A stretch of DNA of 64,000 nucleotides from Candidatus Binatia bacterium (GCA_035635995.1 DASPZZ010000273.1:1190-65189), one strand, 5' to 3'. Positions 36,821-48,249 are shown, counted from the first letter of the stretch. Made by a program: numbers and translations. The notes: a model not told the origin generated them from the letters alone.

Positions 36821-37072
36821 TTGCGGTGGCGTTCTGCCATGGAAAGCTCTATGGAAAGCTCTGGTGAGGTGACGCCGAGTTCGCGACCTCGCGGTGTCGG
36901 GCGCCCGTCCACCGTGGCGCAGTATGCCGCTCACGTCGCCCAGTGGCTGCGCGAGGATCCGGATCTCCCGGGCGTCGTAATTCTTCGGCGCGTCCGGCTC
37001 GCTGGCTATCGCGGCAGCAGGAGCTCGCTCTACGAACTCGTGAAGCGGCTGCGGGTGTCTGCGGTTCGATAA
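36821..37072 (+). mobile_element. solo N-terminal (HTH) fragment of a transposase, IS21/IstA-like
   Basis: Track ORF of 83 aa: ...GRPSTVAQYAAHVAQWLREDPDLPGVVILRRVRLAGYRGSRSSLYELVKRLR resembles the N-terminal HTH part of IstA-type transposases. No catalytic domain follows. A lower-G+C non-coding stretch precedes it (36499-36820). Confidence 0.5.
36839..36862 (+). repeat. perfect tandem duplication of a 12-mer (ATGGAAAGCTCT x2)
   Basis: Read directly. Gives MESSMESS at the start of the transposase fragment. Confidence 0.9.
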
Positions 37073-37866
37073 CCCGGCTCTAGCAGCTCGCCGCGGAGGA
37101 CCGTGACGGCCTGGCCGCCGAGCTTCACGCGCTCGCCGGCGACGCGAACCCGCACGATGCCGCCGCGCGGCGAGGCCTGATAGGCGGTGAGCTCGCTCTT
37201 GCCCAGCCGGGCTTGCCAGAACGGTCCGAGCGCGCAGTGCGCCGAGCCCGTCACCGGGTCCTCGGGCACCCCGGCGCCCGGCGCGAAGAACCGCGAGACG
37301 AAATCGTAGGCCGCCGAGTCGGCGCGGCTCGTGACGATCACCCCGCGCACCGGCAGCGCGGCGAGCGCCGCGTGGTTCGGCGCCAGGCGCCGGACGGTGT
37401 CCTCGCGGTCCACCTCGACGAGATAGTCGAACTGGTTTTTCCCGACGTATTTCGGCGTCACGCCCAGCGCTTCGGCGAGGCCCGGCGGCGCCGGCGCTGG
37501 CTCTTCCCGCTTGGCCGGAAAATCGAGCTCGATCCACTCGCCCGCGCGATCCCCGGTGAGGAGGCCGCTCTTGGTGTGGAACCGCGCCTGCTGCTGCGCC
37601 GGCAGGTGCCCGTCCTCCCAGAGGACGTGGGCGCTCGCCAGGGTCGCGTGGCCGCAGAGGGCGACCTCGACCGCCGGCGTGAACCAGCGAAGAGCAAAGC
37701 CGTCGCCTTGCCGCACGAGAAACGCCGTCTCGGAGAGGTTCATCTCGCGGGCGACGCTCTGCATCCAGCCTTCGTCGCGCGCCGCGGGCAGGAGGCACAC
37801 CGCCGCCGGGTTGCCCGCGAAGGGGGTGTCGGTGAACGCGTCGACTTGAGTGATCCGGAGGCCCAA
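37030..37866 (-). CDS. PhzF-family isomerase
   Basis: Track ORF of 278 aa: MGLRITQVDAFTDTPFAGNPAAVC..., NLSETAF, DPVTGSAHC. The last 14 codons overlap the transposase fragment on the other strand. Confidence 0.9.
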   Translation of the reverse strand: MGLRITQVDAFTDTPFAGNPAAVCLLPAARDEGWMQSVAREMNLSETAFLVRQGDGFALRWFTPAVEVALCGHATLASAHVLWEDGHLPAQQQARFHTKSGLLTGDRAGEWIELDFPAKREEPAPAPPGLAEALGVTPKYVGKNQFDYLVEVDREDTVRRLAPNHAALAALPVRGVIVTSRADSAAYDFVSRFFAPGAGVPEDPVTGSAHCALGPFWQARLGKSELTAYQASPRGGIVRVRVAGERVKLGGQAVTVLRGELLEPGYRTADTRSRFTSS

Positions 37867-37907
37867 GGCGAACGAAAGTGTAGCAGCAAAGGTGCTAGAG
37901 TCCAGGC

Positions 37908-39071
37908 GTGATCGCCGCGGGCACGGGGCTCGCCGTCGGAGGAACGGCCGACAACGCCGCGCTCGAGGCCTCGCTCGAAGCGGTCGAGCGAAGCGGCGCG
38001 GACCGCGCCGACCTCGCCCTGGTCTTCGTCACCGGCGATGCCCATCCGCGCGCCCACGAGGCCTTGCACGCCGTCCGTCGCGTGACCGGGGCTCGCGCCG
38101 TCCTGGGCTGCAGCGGAAGCGGGATCCTGACCGAGCGCCGCGAAGTCGAGGACGAGCTGGCGGTCGCCGTGCTGGTGGTGCGCTGCGAGCAGCTCGTCGC
38201 GACCCCCTTCTCGTTCGCGCGCCAGGGCGAGCGCCAGGATCTCGGAACGGAGCTCGCCCAGCGGATCGGCTCGACCGTCGCCGAAGGCGGTTGCGCGCTC
38301 GTGCTGCCGGACGCGCTGGGGTGCAACCCGGCGGCGCTGCTCGCCCAGCTCCACGAGGCGCTCGGCTTCGTGCCGGTGCTCGGCGCGGTCGCGGCGGGCG
38401 CGCCGATGTTCGAGCTCTACAACACGGAGGCCGCGCAGGGCGCGCTCGTCGGGGTGGCGCTCTCCGGGCTGGCGCCGGTCATCGGCGTGGCGCAGGGCTG
38501 CACGCCGATCGGCGAGCCCTACGTCATCACGCACGCCGAGGCGAACGTGATCCAGCGGATCGGGAGCCGCCCGGCGCTGGAGATGCTCGGCGAAGCCATC
38601 CGCGCGCTTCCGGACGCGGAGGCGCGAATCCGACAGGCCGGTGTGTTCGCCGGTCTCGCGATGGACCCCGCCAAATCGCCGCTCGAGCGCGGCGACTTCC
38701 TCGTGCGCAACCTCGTCGGCGCCGACCGGGCGAGCGGCGCCCTCGCCGTCGCCGAGCACGTGCGGGTGGGACAGACGCTGCAGTTCCAGATCCGTGACGC
38801 GCAGGCGTCGCGGGATGATCTCTGCGGGATGCTCGACGAGGTGGCGGCGCGCCTGGGCGGCCGCCGGCCGGCCTTCGGCTGCTACTTCGACTGCGCGGGG
38901 CGCGGGCGCGGGCTGTTCGGCGTCCCCGATCACGACGTGACGCTGATCCGCGCGCGGCTCGGCGAATTCCCGCTCGTCGGATTCTTCGGCAACGGCGAGT
39001 TCGCGCCGATCGGCCGCCGGAACTTCTTTCACAACTACACCGGCGCCCTCGTGATCTTTCCGGAGGCCTGA
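37908..39071 (+). CDS. FIST-domain (FIST_N + FIST_C) sensory protein
   Basis: Track ORF of 387 aa (GTG start). Ends ...FGCYFDCAGRGRGLFGVPDHDVTLIRARLGEFPLVGFFGNGEFAPIGRRNFFHNYTGALVIF, typical of FIST_C. Confidence 0.8.
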   Translation: MIAAGTGLAVGGTADNAALEASLEAVERSGADRADLALVFVTGDAHPRAHEALHAVRRVTGARAVLGCSGSGILTERREVEDELAVAVLVVRCEQLVATPFSFARQGERQDLGTELAQRIGSTVAEGGCALVLPDALGCNPAALLAQLHEALGFVPVLGAVAAGAPMFELYNTEAAQGALVGVALSGLAPVIGVAQGCTPIGEPYVITHAEANVIQRIGSRPALEMLGEAIRALPDAEARIRQAGVFAGLAMDPAKSPLERGDFLVRNLVGADRASGALAVAEHVRVGQTLQFQIRDAQASRDDLCGMLDEVAARLGGRRPAFGCYFDCAGRGRGLFGVPDHDVTLIRARLGEFPLVGFFGNGEFAPIGRRNFFHNYTGALVIFPEA

Positions 39072-39075
39072 GCCG

Positions 39076-39669
39076 GTGCGCGGCCTCGAGCAGATCCCGT
39101 GGCTCTACGACGGGCTCTGCGCGGTGCTGGAGCGCGCCGGGCTGGCGCCCTGGCGGCGGTGGCTCGCGGCCGGCGCGCACGGGCGGACGCTCGACCTCGG
39201 GTGCGGAACCGGTCGCGGCCTGCCGCTCTACGGCCCGGGCGTCCGGGCGATCGGCCTCGATCCGGCGCGCGACTCGCTCGCGCGCGCCCGGCGCCGAGCG
39301 CCCCGCGTCCCGCTGGTGCAGGGGAGCGCCGAAGCGCTCCCGTTCCGCGACGGCGTCTTCGACACGGTGGTCTCGAGCCTCGTCTTTTGCAGCGTGCCCG
39401 AGCCCGCGCGCGGCCTCGCCGAGGTCAGGCGGGTGCTCCGCCCCGACGGACGACTCCGCATGCTCGAGCACGTGCGCTCCCGCAGATCGTGGAAGGCGGC
39501 GTTCCAGGACCGCGTTCAGCCGCTGTGGACGCGGCTCAGCGGCGGGTGCCACCCGAATCGCGAGACCGAGCACGCGGTCGAGACCGCCGGCTTCGTGATC
39601 GAGGCCGAGGGGCGCGTCGCCAGAGCCGACCTGCGCTGCTTCGCAGCGCGCCCGTCTCGTGCTCGCTAG
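39076..39669 (+). CDS. class I SAM-dependent methyltransferase (Methyltransf_11-like)
   Basis: Track ORF of 197 aa (GTG start), motif I LDLGCGTGRG, FDTVVSSLVFCSV. Its stop overlaps the stop of the convergent large-subunit gene (shared CTAG). Confidence 0.85.
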   Translation: MRGLEQIPWLYDGLCAVLERAGLAPWRRWLAAGAHGRTLDLGCGTGRGLPLYGPGVRAIGLDPARDSLARARRRAPRVPLVQGSAEALPFRDGVFDTVVSSLVFCSVPEPARGLAEVRRVLRPDGRLRMLEHVRSRRSWKAAFQDRVQPLWTRLSGGCHPNRETEHAVETAGFVIEAEGRVARADLRCFAARPSRAR

Positions 39670-41252
39670 AGATCGTTCCCGGAGTAGGACAGGTTGAAGG
39701 ACTTGTTGCAGAGGGGAAAGTCCGGGACGATGTTCTTGAGCACGGCGTATTCGAGCGCGGGCCAGTTCCGGAAGGACGGATCGACGACCTTGACGCGGCC
39801 GACCGAGGCGGGCCCGTCGGCCAGCGCCCAGTGCCAGACAGGGCCGCGCCACGCCTCGACCAGGCCGAAGGCATGGGCGCCCGCGGTGAGCGGCGGCAGC
39901 GGGACCCGCGTCGCTCCCTCGGCGCCGAGACCGACCGCCGTGCGAATGAGGCGCGCCGCCTCACGCGCCTCGTCGATCCGCACCATCGTCCGCGCCCAGA
40001 CGTCTCCCGTTTCGTAGACCGGAGCTCGCACGTCCATCTCGCCGTAGGCCGCGAACGGCGCATCGCGCCGGACGTCGGCATCGATTCCGCTCGCCCGCCC
40101 GACCAGTCCGACGACCTGCATCTCCGTCGCCGTTTGCGGAGTCAGTCGCCCCGTCCCCTGGAGCCGTTCGAGGACGGTCGTGTTGTCGAGGCAGAGGCTC
40201 GCGATCTCGACGAACTCGGCGACCAGGGCCTCCACGGTCGTCGCGGCCTCGAGCACGGGCGCCGCGGCGATCGGCCCGGTCACGCCGCCCGGCACCACGG
40301 CACCCCGGAGGAGGCGGTGGCCCGTCAGGCGCTCGTTGAGCCTCAGGAGCTCCTCACGGATCCGGAAGCAGTGAGCGTGCCCGAAGCCGAATCCGGTGTC
40401 GTTGACGATCATGCCGACATCACCGATGTGGTTGTAGATCCGCTCGAGCTCGAGCAGGACGACGCGGAGCCGGCTCGCTCGGGGCGGCAGGGTGCAGCCG
40501 GCCAGCGCCTCGAGCGCCTGGCAGTACGCGAGGACGTGCCCGACGCTGGTGTCACCCGAGATGCGTTCGGCGAGGGCCGGCGCCCGGTCGAAGGCAAGGC
40601 CCTCGAAGAGCTTCTCGGTGCCCTTGTGGACGAAGCCGAGTCGCGTCTCGAGGTTCACGATCGTCTCGCCCTCGACGCTGAAGCGGAAGTGACCGGGCTC
40701 GATGATCCCGGCGTGGACCGGCCCCACGGTGATTTCGAAGATGCCCTCGCCCTCGACGCGCCGGAACGGGAACGGCTCGCCCGCGTCGACGAAGTCCGTG
40801 CGCGGCACGGCGTCGCGGCGCAGGGGGTGATAGCCCTCCGGCCAGTACTGATGGAGCGCGAGTCGCCGGAGATCCGGGTGTCCCTGCGGGACCAGGCCGA
40901 ACAGGTCGTGGATCTCGCGTTCGAAGCGGCTGGCCGCGAACGAGCGCGTCGCGAGAGAGGCGAAGCGGGCCGCGGCCGCCGGGACCGAGGCGAGCACGGT
41001 CGCCGCCGGCGAGAGCGTCGGCGGCGCGAACACGTACGCGAGCGTGAAGTCACCGCCGGTGGCGCGCGTGTCCGCGGCGGCGAGGAACTGACAGCGGACG
41101 CCGAGCGTCGCCAGACGATCCGCGAGCGCGGGAATCTCCCAGGTGGGCAGCCGGCACTGGATCGCGCTCGTGGACGACGACGCCACGCTCGTGGCGCCGG
41201 CCTCGACGACGGCGCGCCGCAGTGAGTCCAGGACGATCAGCGCCGGCGGCAC
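39666..41252 (-). CDS. hydrogenase-related large subunit, fused NuoC/NuoD (HycE-like), Ni-Fe cysteine ligands absent (Ehr-type)
   Basis: Track ORF of 528 aa (GTG start). NuoC-like ...FEREIHDLFGLVPQGHPDLRRLAL...PLRRD. NuoD/HycE-like GPVHAGIIEPGHFRF. The L1 position reads ERISGDTSVGH. The protein ends ...CNKSFNLSYSGNDL, where DPCxxCxxR is expected. Confidence 0.85.
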   Translation of the reverse strand: MPPALIVLDSLRRAVVEAGATSVASSSTSAIQCRLPTWEIPALADRLATLGVRCQFLAAADTRATGGDFTLAYVFAPPTLSPAATVLASVPAAAARFASLATRSFAASRFEREIHDLFGLVPQGHPDLRRLALHQYWPEGYHPLRRDAVPRTDFVDAGEPFPFRRVEGEGIFEITVGPVHAGIIEPGHFRFSVEGETIVNLETRLGFVHKGTEKLFEGLAFDRAPALAERISGDTSVGHVLAYCQALEALAGCTLPPRASRLRVVLLELERIYNHIGDVGMIVNDTGFGFGHAHCFRIREELLRLNERLTGHRLLRGAVVPGGVTGPIAAAPVLEAATTVEALVAEFVEIASLCLDNTTVLERLQGTGRLTPQTATEMQVVGLVGRASGIDADVRRDAPFAAYGEMDVRAPVYETGDVWARTMVRIDEAREAARLIRTAVGLGAEGATRVPLPPLTAGAHAFGLVEAWRGPVWHWALADGPASVGRVKVVDPSFRNWPALEYAVLKNIVPDFPLCNKSFNLSYSGNDL

Positions 41253-41253
41253 C

Positions 41254-42687
41254 TCAGGGCACCACGATCGCGACGACGCGGTCGAGCGTGTCGGCGAGGC
41301 CCGGCGGCCAGGCGAGCCCGGTGAGCAGGAGCAGGACGAGCGCGGCGGCCACCGGTAGCACCGGGCGCCACCCGGGAATCTCCGCGGTCGGCTCGCGCGG
41401 TGGTGTCCCGTACAGGATCGTATGGGCGCCGCGGAGGAGCCCGGCGAAGGCGACCACCAGCAGGACCAACGCGGCGCCGGCGACGGCCGGGAATCCTTGC
41501 GCGAAGCCGGCGCCGAAGATCATCACTTCGCTGACGAAGAGCCCGAACGGCGGCAGGCCGACGAGTGCCAGCATCGCCGCCAGAAAGCCCGCGCCGGTCC
41601 GCGGCATGCGGCGCATCAGGCCGCCGACGGCCGCGATCTCGGCCGAGCCGTACGCCGCGCGGATGCGGCCCGCGAGCAGGAAGACGATCGACTTGGCCAG
41701 CGCGTGATTGGCGATGTGCAGGAGGGCTCCGGCCGTGCCCAGGCTTCCGCCGAAGCCGAGCCCGAGGCATACGAGGCCGATGTGCTCGACGCTCGAGTAC
41801 GCGAGCATGCGCTTGTAGTTGGGCGACGTCCAGAGGAACGCCGCCGCGACGGCGAGGGACAAGAGTCCGAGCGCCAGCAGGATACCGCGGGCGAACCCGG
41901 GCCCGGCCGCCGTGTCCACCGCCGGTTTGAATCTCAGGATCGCGTAGACGCCGACGCTCAGCAGCACGCCCGACATGAGGGCGCTCACGGGCGCCGGCGC
42001 CTCGCTGTGGGCGTCGGGGAGCCACGTGTGCATCGGCGCGAGCCCGGCCTTCGTGCCGTAGCCGACCACGAGGAACACGAAGGCGAGCTCGATCACCCGT
42101 GGCGCGAGCCCGGGTGCGAGTCGCAGGAGCGTCGTCCAGCGGAGGGCGTGGGCCTCGTCGCCGAACTGCTGGATGCCGGCGAAGTACACGAGGACGGTCC
42201 CGAGGAACGCGATGGCGATGCCCACCGAGCAGATCAGCAGATACTTGTAGGAGGCTTCGAGCGATGCGCGCGTGCGCTCGAAGTTGACGAGAAAGACCGA
42301 CGCGAGCGTCGTGCCCTCGACCGCGACCCACATGAGCCCGACGTCGTCGGTGGAGACGGCCAGCAGCATCGTGAAGACGAAGAGGTGGAAGAGCGGGTAG
42401 AAGCGGCCCGGCGTCGTGTGGGCGAGGTAGCGCGGGGCCTCGGACGCGGCGAGGGCGCCGACGATGCCGATCAGGGTGATCATCCACGCGGAGAGGGCGT
42501 CGGCGCGGAGGAACCCGTCGAAGACCACCAGCGGATCACCGCGGTTCACCGTCACGCTGACGGCGAGCGCCGCCACCAGCGTGAGCGCTGCGGTCAGGGC
42601 GTGAAGCGCCGTCGCGACCCGGCCGACCGCGCGCCACAGTAGTGCGGCCCCCACGAGCGGGATCGCCAGGAGGGCTCCCAGCATCAT
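41254..42687 (-). CDS. NuoN/HyfF-like antiporter-type membrane subunit
   Basis: Internal Met (MMLGALLAIPL...) of track ORF 41254..43125(-), 477 aa. Pattern ...GTKAGLAPMHTWLPDAHSEAPAPVSALMSGVLL... Its start overlaps the upstream stop. Confidence 0.85.
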   Translation of the reverse strand: MMLGALLAIPLVGAALLWRAVGRVATALHALTAALTLVAALAVSVTVNRGDPLVVFDGFLRADALSAWMITLIGIVGALAASEAPRYLAHTTPGRFYPLFHLFVFTMLLAVSTDDVGLMWVAVEGTTLASVFLVNFERTRASLEASYKYLLICSVGIAIAFLGTVLVYFAGIQQFGDEAHALRWTTLLRLAPGLAPRVIELAFVFLVVGYGTKAGLAPMHTWLPDAHSEAPAPVSALMSGVLLSVGVYAILRFKPAVDTAAGPGFARGILLALGLLSLAVAAAFLWTSPNYKRMLAYSSVEHIGLVCLGLGFGGSLGTAGALLHIANHALAKSIVFLLAGRIRAAYGSAEIAAVGGLMRRMPRTGAGFLAAMLALVGLPPFGLFVSEVMIFGAGFAQGFPAVAGAALVLLVVAFAGLLRGAHTILYGTPPREPTAEIPGWRPVLPVAAALVLLLLTGLAWPPGLADTLDRVVAIVVP

Positions 42688-43325
42688 CCCCGGAGTTCCT
42701 TGAGACGGTCGACGTCGATCGAGTCGTGCTCGCGGCGCACCTCGACGACGACGGCTTCCATGATCAGGACGATCACGAGCACGTCGAGGAAGACGCCGGC
42801 CTCCACGATGCCGGGCAGACCGTAGGTCGCGAGGATCGCCAGGCCGAAGATCCCGTTCTCGAAGACGAGGAAGCCGAGGATGTGGCCCCGCGCGTCGCGG
42901 CCGGTGACGCAGAGGGCGAGGCCGATCAGCGCCATCGCGAACGCCAGCGGAATCGCGCGCTCGGTCGGCAGCTCCGCCGCCGACGTGACCGGCAGCATGA
43001 TGACGTAGGCCGCGACGACGAGCCCGCCCGCCCCGAGGAGTGCGATCCCGGAAGAGCGGCCGGGCGCGACCGGTCGCACGGGCGCCCCCGAGCCGATGCG
43101 GGCGAGGACGCGCGGGATCACCCACCCCTTGACGACGACGAAGACCGCCGCCACCAGCAGGAGGCCGCGACGCTGTGCCAGCACCCCGATCGTGGTCGCC
43201 AGGGCCGCGAGCAGGAGCGACTGGGCGACGAAGAGCCTGAGCCGCGCCGGCCAGCTCTGTCGCCAGACGATCAGCAGCGTGACCACGAGCCCCAGGAACG
43301 CCAGGAGGTTCGACGCCGTCGTCAT
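42684..43325 (-). CDS. HyfE-like small membrane subunit
   Basis: Internal Met (MTTASNLLAFLGLVV...) of track ORF 42684..44144(-), 213 aa, multi-TM, ...GFLVFENGIFGLAI... ATGA overlaps on both sides. Confidence 0.75.
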   Translation of the reverse strand: MTTASNLLAFLGLVVTLLIVWRQSWPARLRLFVAQSLLLAALATTIGVLAQRRGLLLVAAVFVVVKGWVIPRVLARIGSGAPVRPVAPGRSSGIALLGAGGLVVAAYVIMLPVTSAAELPTERAIPLAFAMALIGLALCVTGRDARGHILGFLVFENGIFGLAILATYGLPGIVEAGVFLDVLVIVLIMEAVVVEVRREHDSIDVDRLKELRG

Positions 43326-44262
43326 CGGACGAGGATGACCGCCATGAGCGAGAGAAAGGCGAGGGCGAATGATCCGGCGAGCAGCTCGGGCACGCGAAAG
43401 AGCCTGAGCTTCGCCACCGTGGTCTCGAGCACCGCGACCGCGCTCGCGAGCACGGCGAGCTTCCCGGCCAGCGCGAGGAGGCCGAGGAGCATCGGGACCG
43501 GCTCGGCGGGACCCGTCAGGCCCCATGGAAAGAAGAGATTCGCCAGGAGCGCCATGAACAGGAAGAGCTTCATCGCCGCGGCCCACTCGACGAGGGCCAG
43601 GTACCGGCCCGAGTACTCGAGCACCATCGCCTCGTGGATCATGGTCAGCTCGAGGTGGGTCGCGGGGTTGTCCACCGGCAGGCGCCCCGTCTCGGCCAGC
43701 ATCACGATGAAGAACGCGGCGAACGCCAGGAGGTGGGCGGGATTGGCCGCCAGCCAGGGCTCGCGCCCGAACCGCTCCACGACGCGGCCCAGATCGATCG
43801 TGCCGGCGCGCAGCGCGAGCGCGAACACGGCGACGATGATCGTCGGCTCGGCGAGCGCCGCGATGGCGACCGCGCGACTGGCACCCATGCCGCCGAACGC
43901 GCTGCCGGCGTCCAGGCCCGCCAGCGCGAGGAAGAACGTGCCGAGCATGAAGAGGTACACGAGAAGGATGATGTCGCCGGCGAACGCCAGCGGTGGGCGC
44001 GCCACCGAGATCGGCACGATGAGCGCGATCACCAGCATCGTCGCCACCAGCAGGTACGGGGTGGCGCGGAACACCCAGGAGGTCGTCGTCGAGACGACCG
44101 CCTCCTTCGCGAGGAGCTTGCGCAGATCGGCGTAGGGCTGCCACGGGCTCGGGCCGCGTCGGCCGACGAGCCGCGCCCTGAGCGTCCGCAGCGCGCCCAC
44201 CAGGAGCGGAGCGCCCGCCCCGACGACGAGGACCTGAATAGCGGCCACCACGACGTCGGAGA

Positions 44263-44266
<4 letters not shown>
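43322..44266 (-). CDS. NuoH/HycD-like membrane subunit
   Basis: Internal Met (MISDVVVAAIQVL...) of track ORF 43322..45862(-), 314 aa. Pattern ...AETGRLPVDNPATHLELTMIHEAMVLEYSGR... Confidence 0.85.
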
Positions 44267-46172
<1,906 letters not shown>

Positions 46173-46173
<1 letters not shown>

Positions 46174-46682
46174 CAGCGGGGGCGGCCGATCGCCTCGAGG
46201 AGGCCGGCGAGGAGGGCCGCCGGCGAGGGAGGGCACCCGGGTATGACGGCGTCCACGGGCACCACGTCGGCGACGCCGCCCACGACCGCGTAGGATCCGC
46301 GGAAGAGGCCGCCGTCCCGCCCGCAGTCGCCGACGGCGACCACGAACTTCGGATCCGGCGTCGCCCGCCAGGTGCGCCGCAGCGCCTCGGCCATGTTGCG
46401 GGTCACCGGGCCCGTCACGAGCAGGCAATCGGCGTGACGCGGCGAGGCGACGAAGTGCACCCCGAATCGTTCGAGGTCGTAGTGCGGCCCCGTGAGCCCG
46501 CCGATCTCGAGCTCGCAGCCGTTGCAGGAGCCGGCGTCGACCTGTCGGATCGCGAGCGAGCGACCGAAGAGCCGAGCGATCTCCCAGGCCAGGCGCGTGC
46601 CGATCCGCTCGATCTCGCCGCCTCGAGCGACCGGCTCGGTGACGATGCCCGTGCGGAGCGCGGTCCGGAGCTGACGGAACAC
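46173..46682 (-). CDS. NuoB/HycG-like small subunit with [4Fe-4S] ligands
   Basis: Track ORF of 169 aa: IRQVDAGSCNGCELEI, SPRHADCLLVTGPVT, AVGDCGRDGG, IPGCPPSP (four Cys in the positions of the N2-type cluster). Confidence 0.9.
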
Positions 46683-46685
46683 GGA

Positions 46686-47045
46686 TCAGCGTCGCGCCGG
46701 CCGGCGCGCCTCCTGACGGAGCTCGCGGAGCATGGTCTGGCTCCCGGCCAGCTGGTTGTTGAAGATCCTCCGCGCCAGGTCGAGGAGATCGCCGACGAGC
46801 GCGTCGCGGATCGTGTACCTGACCGTCGTGCCCTCTTTCCGGGCGGTCACGATGTTCTTGGCGCGCAGGACGGCGAGCTGCTGCGACACGGTGGACTGGT
46901 CCAGGTCGAGTCGGGCCTGGAGCTCCTGGACGCTGCGCTCGCTGTTGCGGAGGATCTCGAGGATCCGGATGCGGACCGGGTGGGCCAGCGCCTTGAAGAA
47001 CTCCGCCTTGAACGCCTGAAGGTCGGTCGACGGCGGGGCAGCCAC
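46686..47045 (-). CDS. ArsR/SmtB-family transcriptional regulator
   Basis: Track ORF of 119 aa (GTG start): FFKALAHPVRIRILEILRNSERSVQELQARLDLDQSTVSQQLAVLRAKNIVTARKEGTTVRYTI. Ends 3 nt before the small-subunit gene. Confidence 0.9.
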   Translation of the reverse strand: MAAPPSTDLQAFKAEFFKALAHPVRIRILEILRNSERSVQELQARLDLDQSTVSQQLAVLRAKNIVTARKEGTTVRYTIRDALVGDLLDLARRIFNNQLAGSQTMLRELRQEARRPARR

Positions 47046-47052
47046 GAAGATT

Positions 47053-47061
47053 ACTATATCA
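47053..47061 (-). promoter_or_regulatory. extended -10 promoter (TGATATAGT) 7 nt upstream of the arsR GTG; probable leaderless transcript
   Basis: Minus strand reads ...TGTATATGGTAATACATTGATATAGTAATCTTC-GTG. This is the only AT-rich patch in the region, there is no SD, and a TGTAT-N6-ATACA inverted repeat lies just upstream. Confidence 0.4.
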
Positions 47062-47134
47062 ATGTATTACCATATACAGAACTTATGGGCGCGACCATCC
47101 GGCCGTACCGCTGGGGCCCTGGAGCCCGTCGAGG

Positions 47135-48217
47135 CTAGGCGTCGAGGAGCTCGCGGTACACCGCGGTGGTTCGTGCCATCGTCTCGTCGATCGTGTAGCG
47201 CGCCAGCACCATCGCCTGGCCGGCACGCGCCATCGCGCGGGCGCGCTCGGGCTCGCGGAGCAGGGCCAGGATCGCGTCGGCGAGGGCCCGCGGATCCGCC
47301 GGGGGCACGAGGCGGCCGTTCTCACCGTCGCGGATGAGCTCGGGGCTGCCGCCGACCGTGGAGGCGACGACCGGCGTGCCCACCGCCAGGGCCTGCGGGA
47401 TCACCTGCGGGATCGCCTCGGACCTGATCGAGGGGAGCACCAGCACGTCGAGCGCCGCCATCACCTCGGGGATGTCCCGGCGGAACCCGGTGAGGGTCAC
47501 GCGCGCGTCGAGGCCCATTTCGCGCACGCGGCGGCCCACCTCGTCGAAGCCGACGCCGTCGCCGACGATCAGGAAGCGAGCGTCGGGCGCGGTCGCGACC
47601 ACCGTGCGCGCCGCCTCGAGGAAGACGTTGTGGCCCTTCGAGCCCCGGACGTTGGCGACGAGCCCGACGACCGCGGCGTCGCCGAGGCCGAGCTCGTCGC
47701 GAACCGGCTTGCCCGACACGCCCGGATGGAAGCGCTCGCTGTCGACGCCGGCCGAGATCGACACGACGCGCGCGGGCGCGATGCCCGCGGCGATCACCAT
47801 CGCGCGCACGCCTTCACCGCTGGTGATGACGCGGTCGGCGAGTCGATAGACGAGGGCGCGGCGACGGCGGATGGGGATCGACACGTGTCGGCTGCGTACG
47901 ACGGGCCGGCCGAGCGACCTCGCGGCGACGCCGCCCAGCCAGCTGTCGACGGAGCTATGGGTGTGGACGAGACTCACGCCGCGCTCCCGCACGAGTCGGC
48001 GCAGGCGGACGATCGCGCGGAGGTCGGTGGCGCCCCGCATGCGGACGGTCTCGACAGGGATTGCCGCCGCCCGCGCCTCGGCGAGCAGGGGGCTGTCGGG
48101 CTGGCAGGCGATCAGGGCGCCCCAGCCGTGGCCGAGGAGCCAGCGCACCTCGGCGAGGGTGCGGATCTCCTGGCCACCGTGTCCGTGAGAAGACTCGGTG
48201 TGCAGGACGGTACGCAT
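47135..48217 (-). CDS. glycosyltransferase family 4
   Basis: Track ORF of 360 aa, GT-B pattern with the C-terminal ...VLPSIRSEAIPQVIPQALAVGTPVVASTVGGSPELIRDGENGRLV (E-x7-E region). Confidence 0.85.
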   Translation of the reverse strand: MRTVLHTESSHGHGGQEIRTLAEVRWLLGHGWGALIACQPDSPLLAEARAAAIPVETVRMRGATDLRAIVRLRRLVRERGVSLVHTHSSVDSWLGGVAARSLGRPVVRSRHVSIPIRRRRALVYRLADRVITSGEGVRAMVIAAGIAPARVVSISAGVDSERFHPGVSGKPVRDELGLGDAAVVGLVANVRGSKGHNVFLEAARTVVATAPDARFLIVGDGVGFDEVGRRVREMGLDARVTLTGFRRDIPEVMAALDVLVLPSIRSEAIPQVIPQALAVGTPVVASTVGGSPELIRDGENGRLVPPADPRALADAILALLREPERARAMARAGQAMVLARYTIDETMARTTAVYRELLDA

Positions 48218-48249
48218 GGCGACAGGCTACCGCCCCGGGCCCTCGAGCG

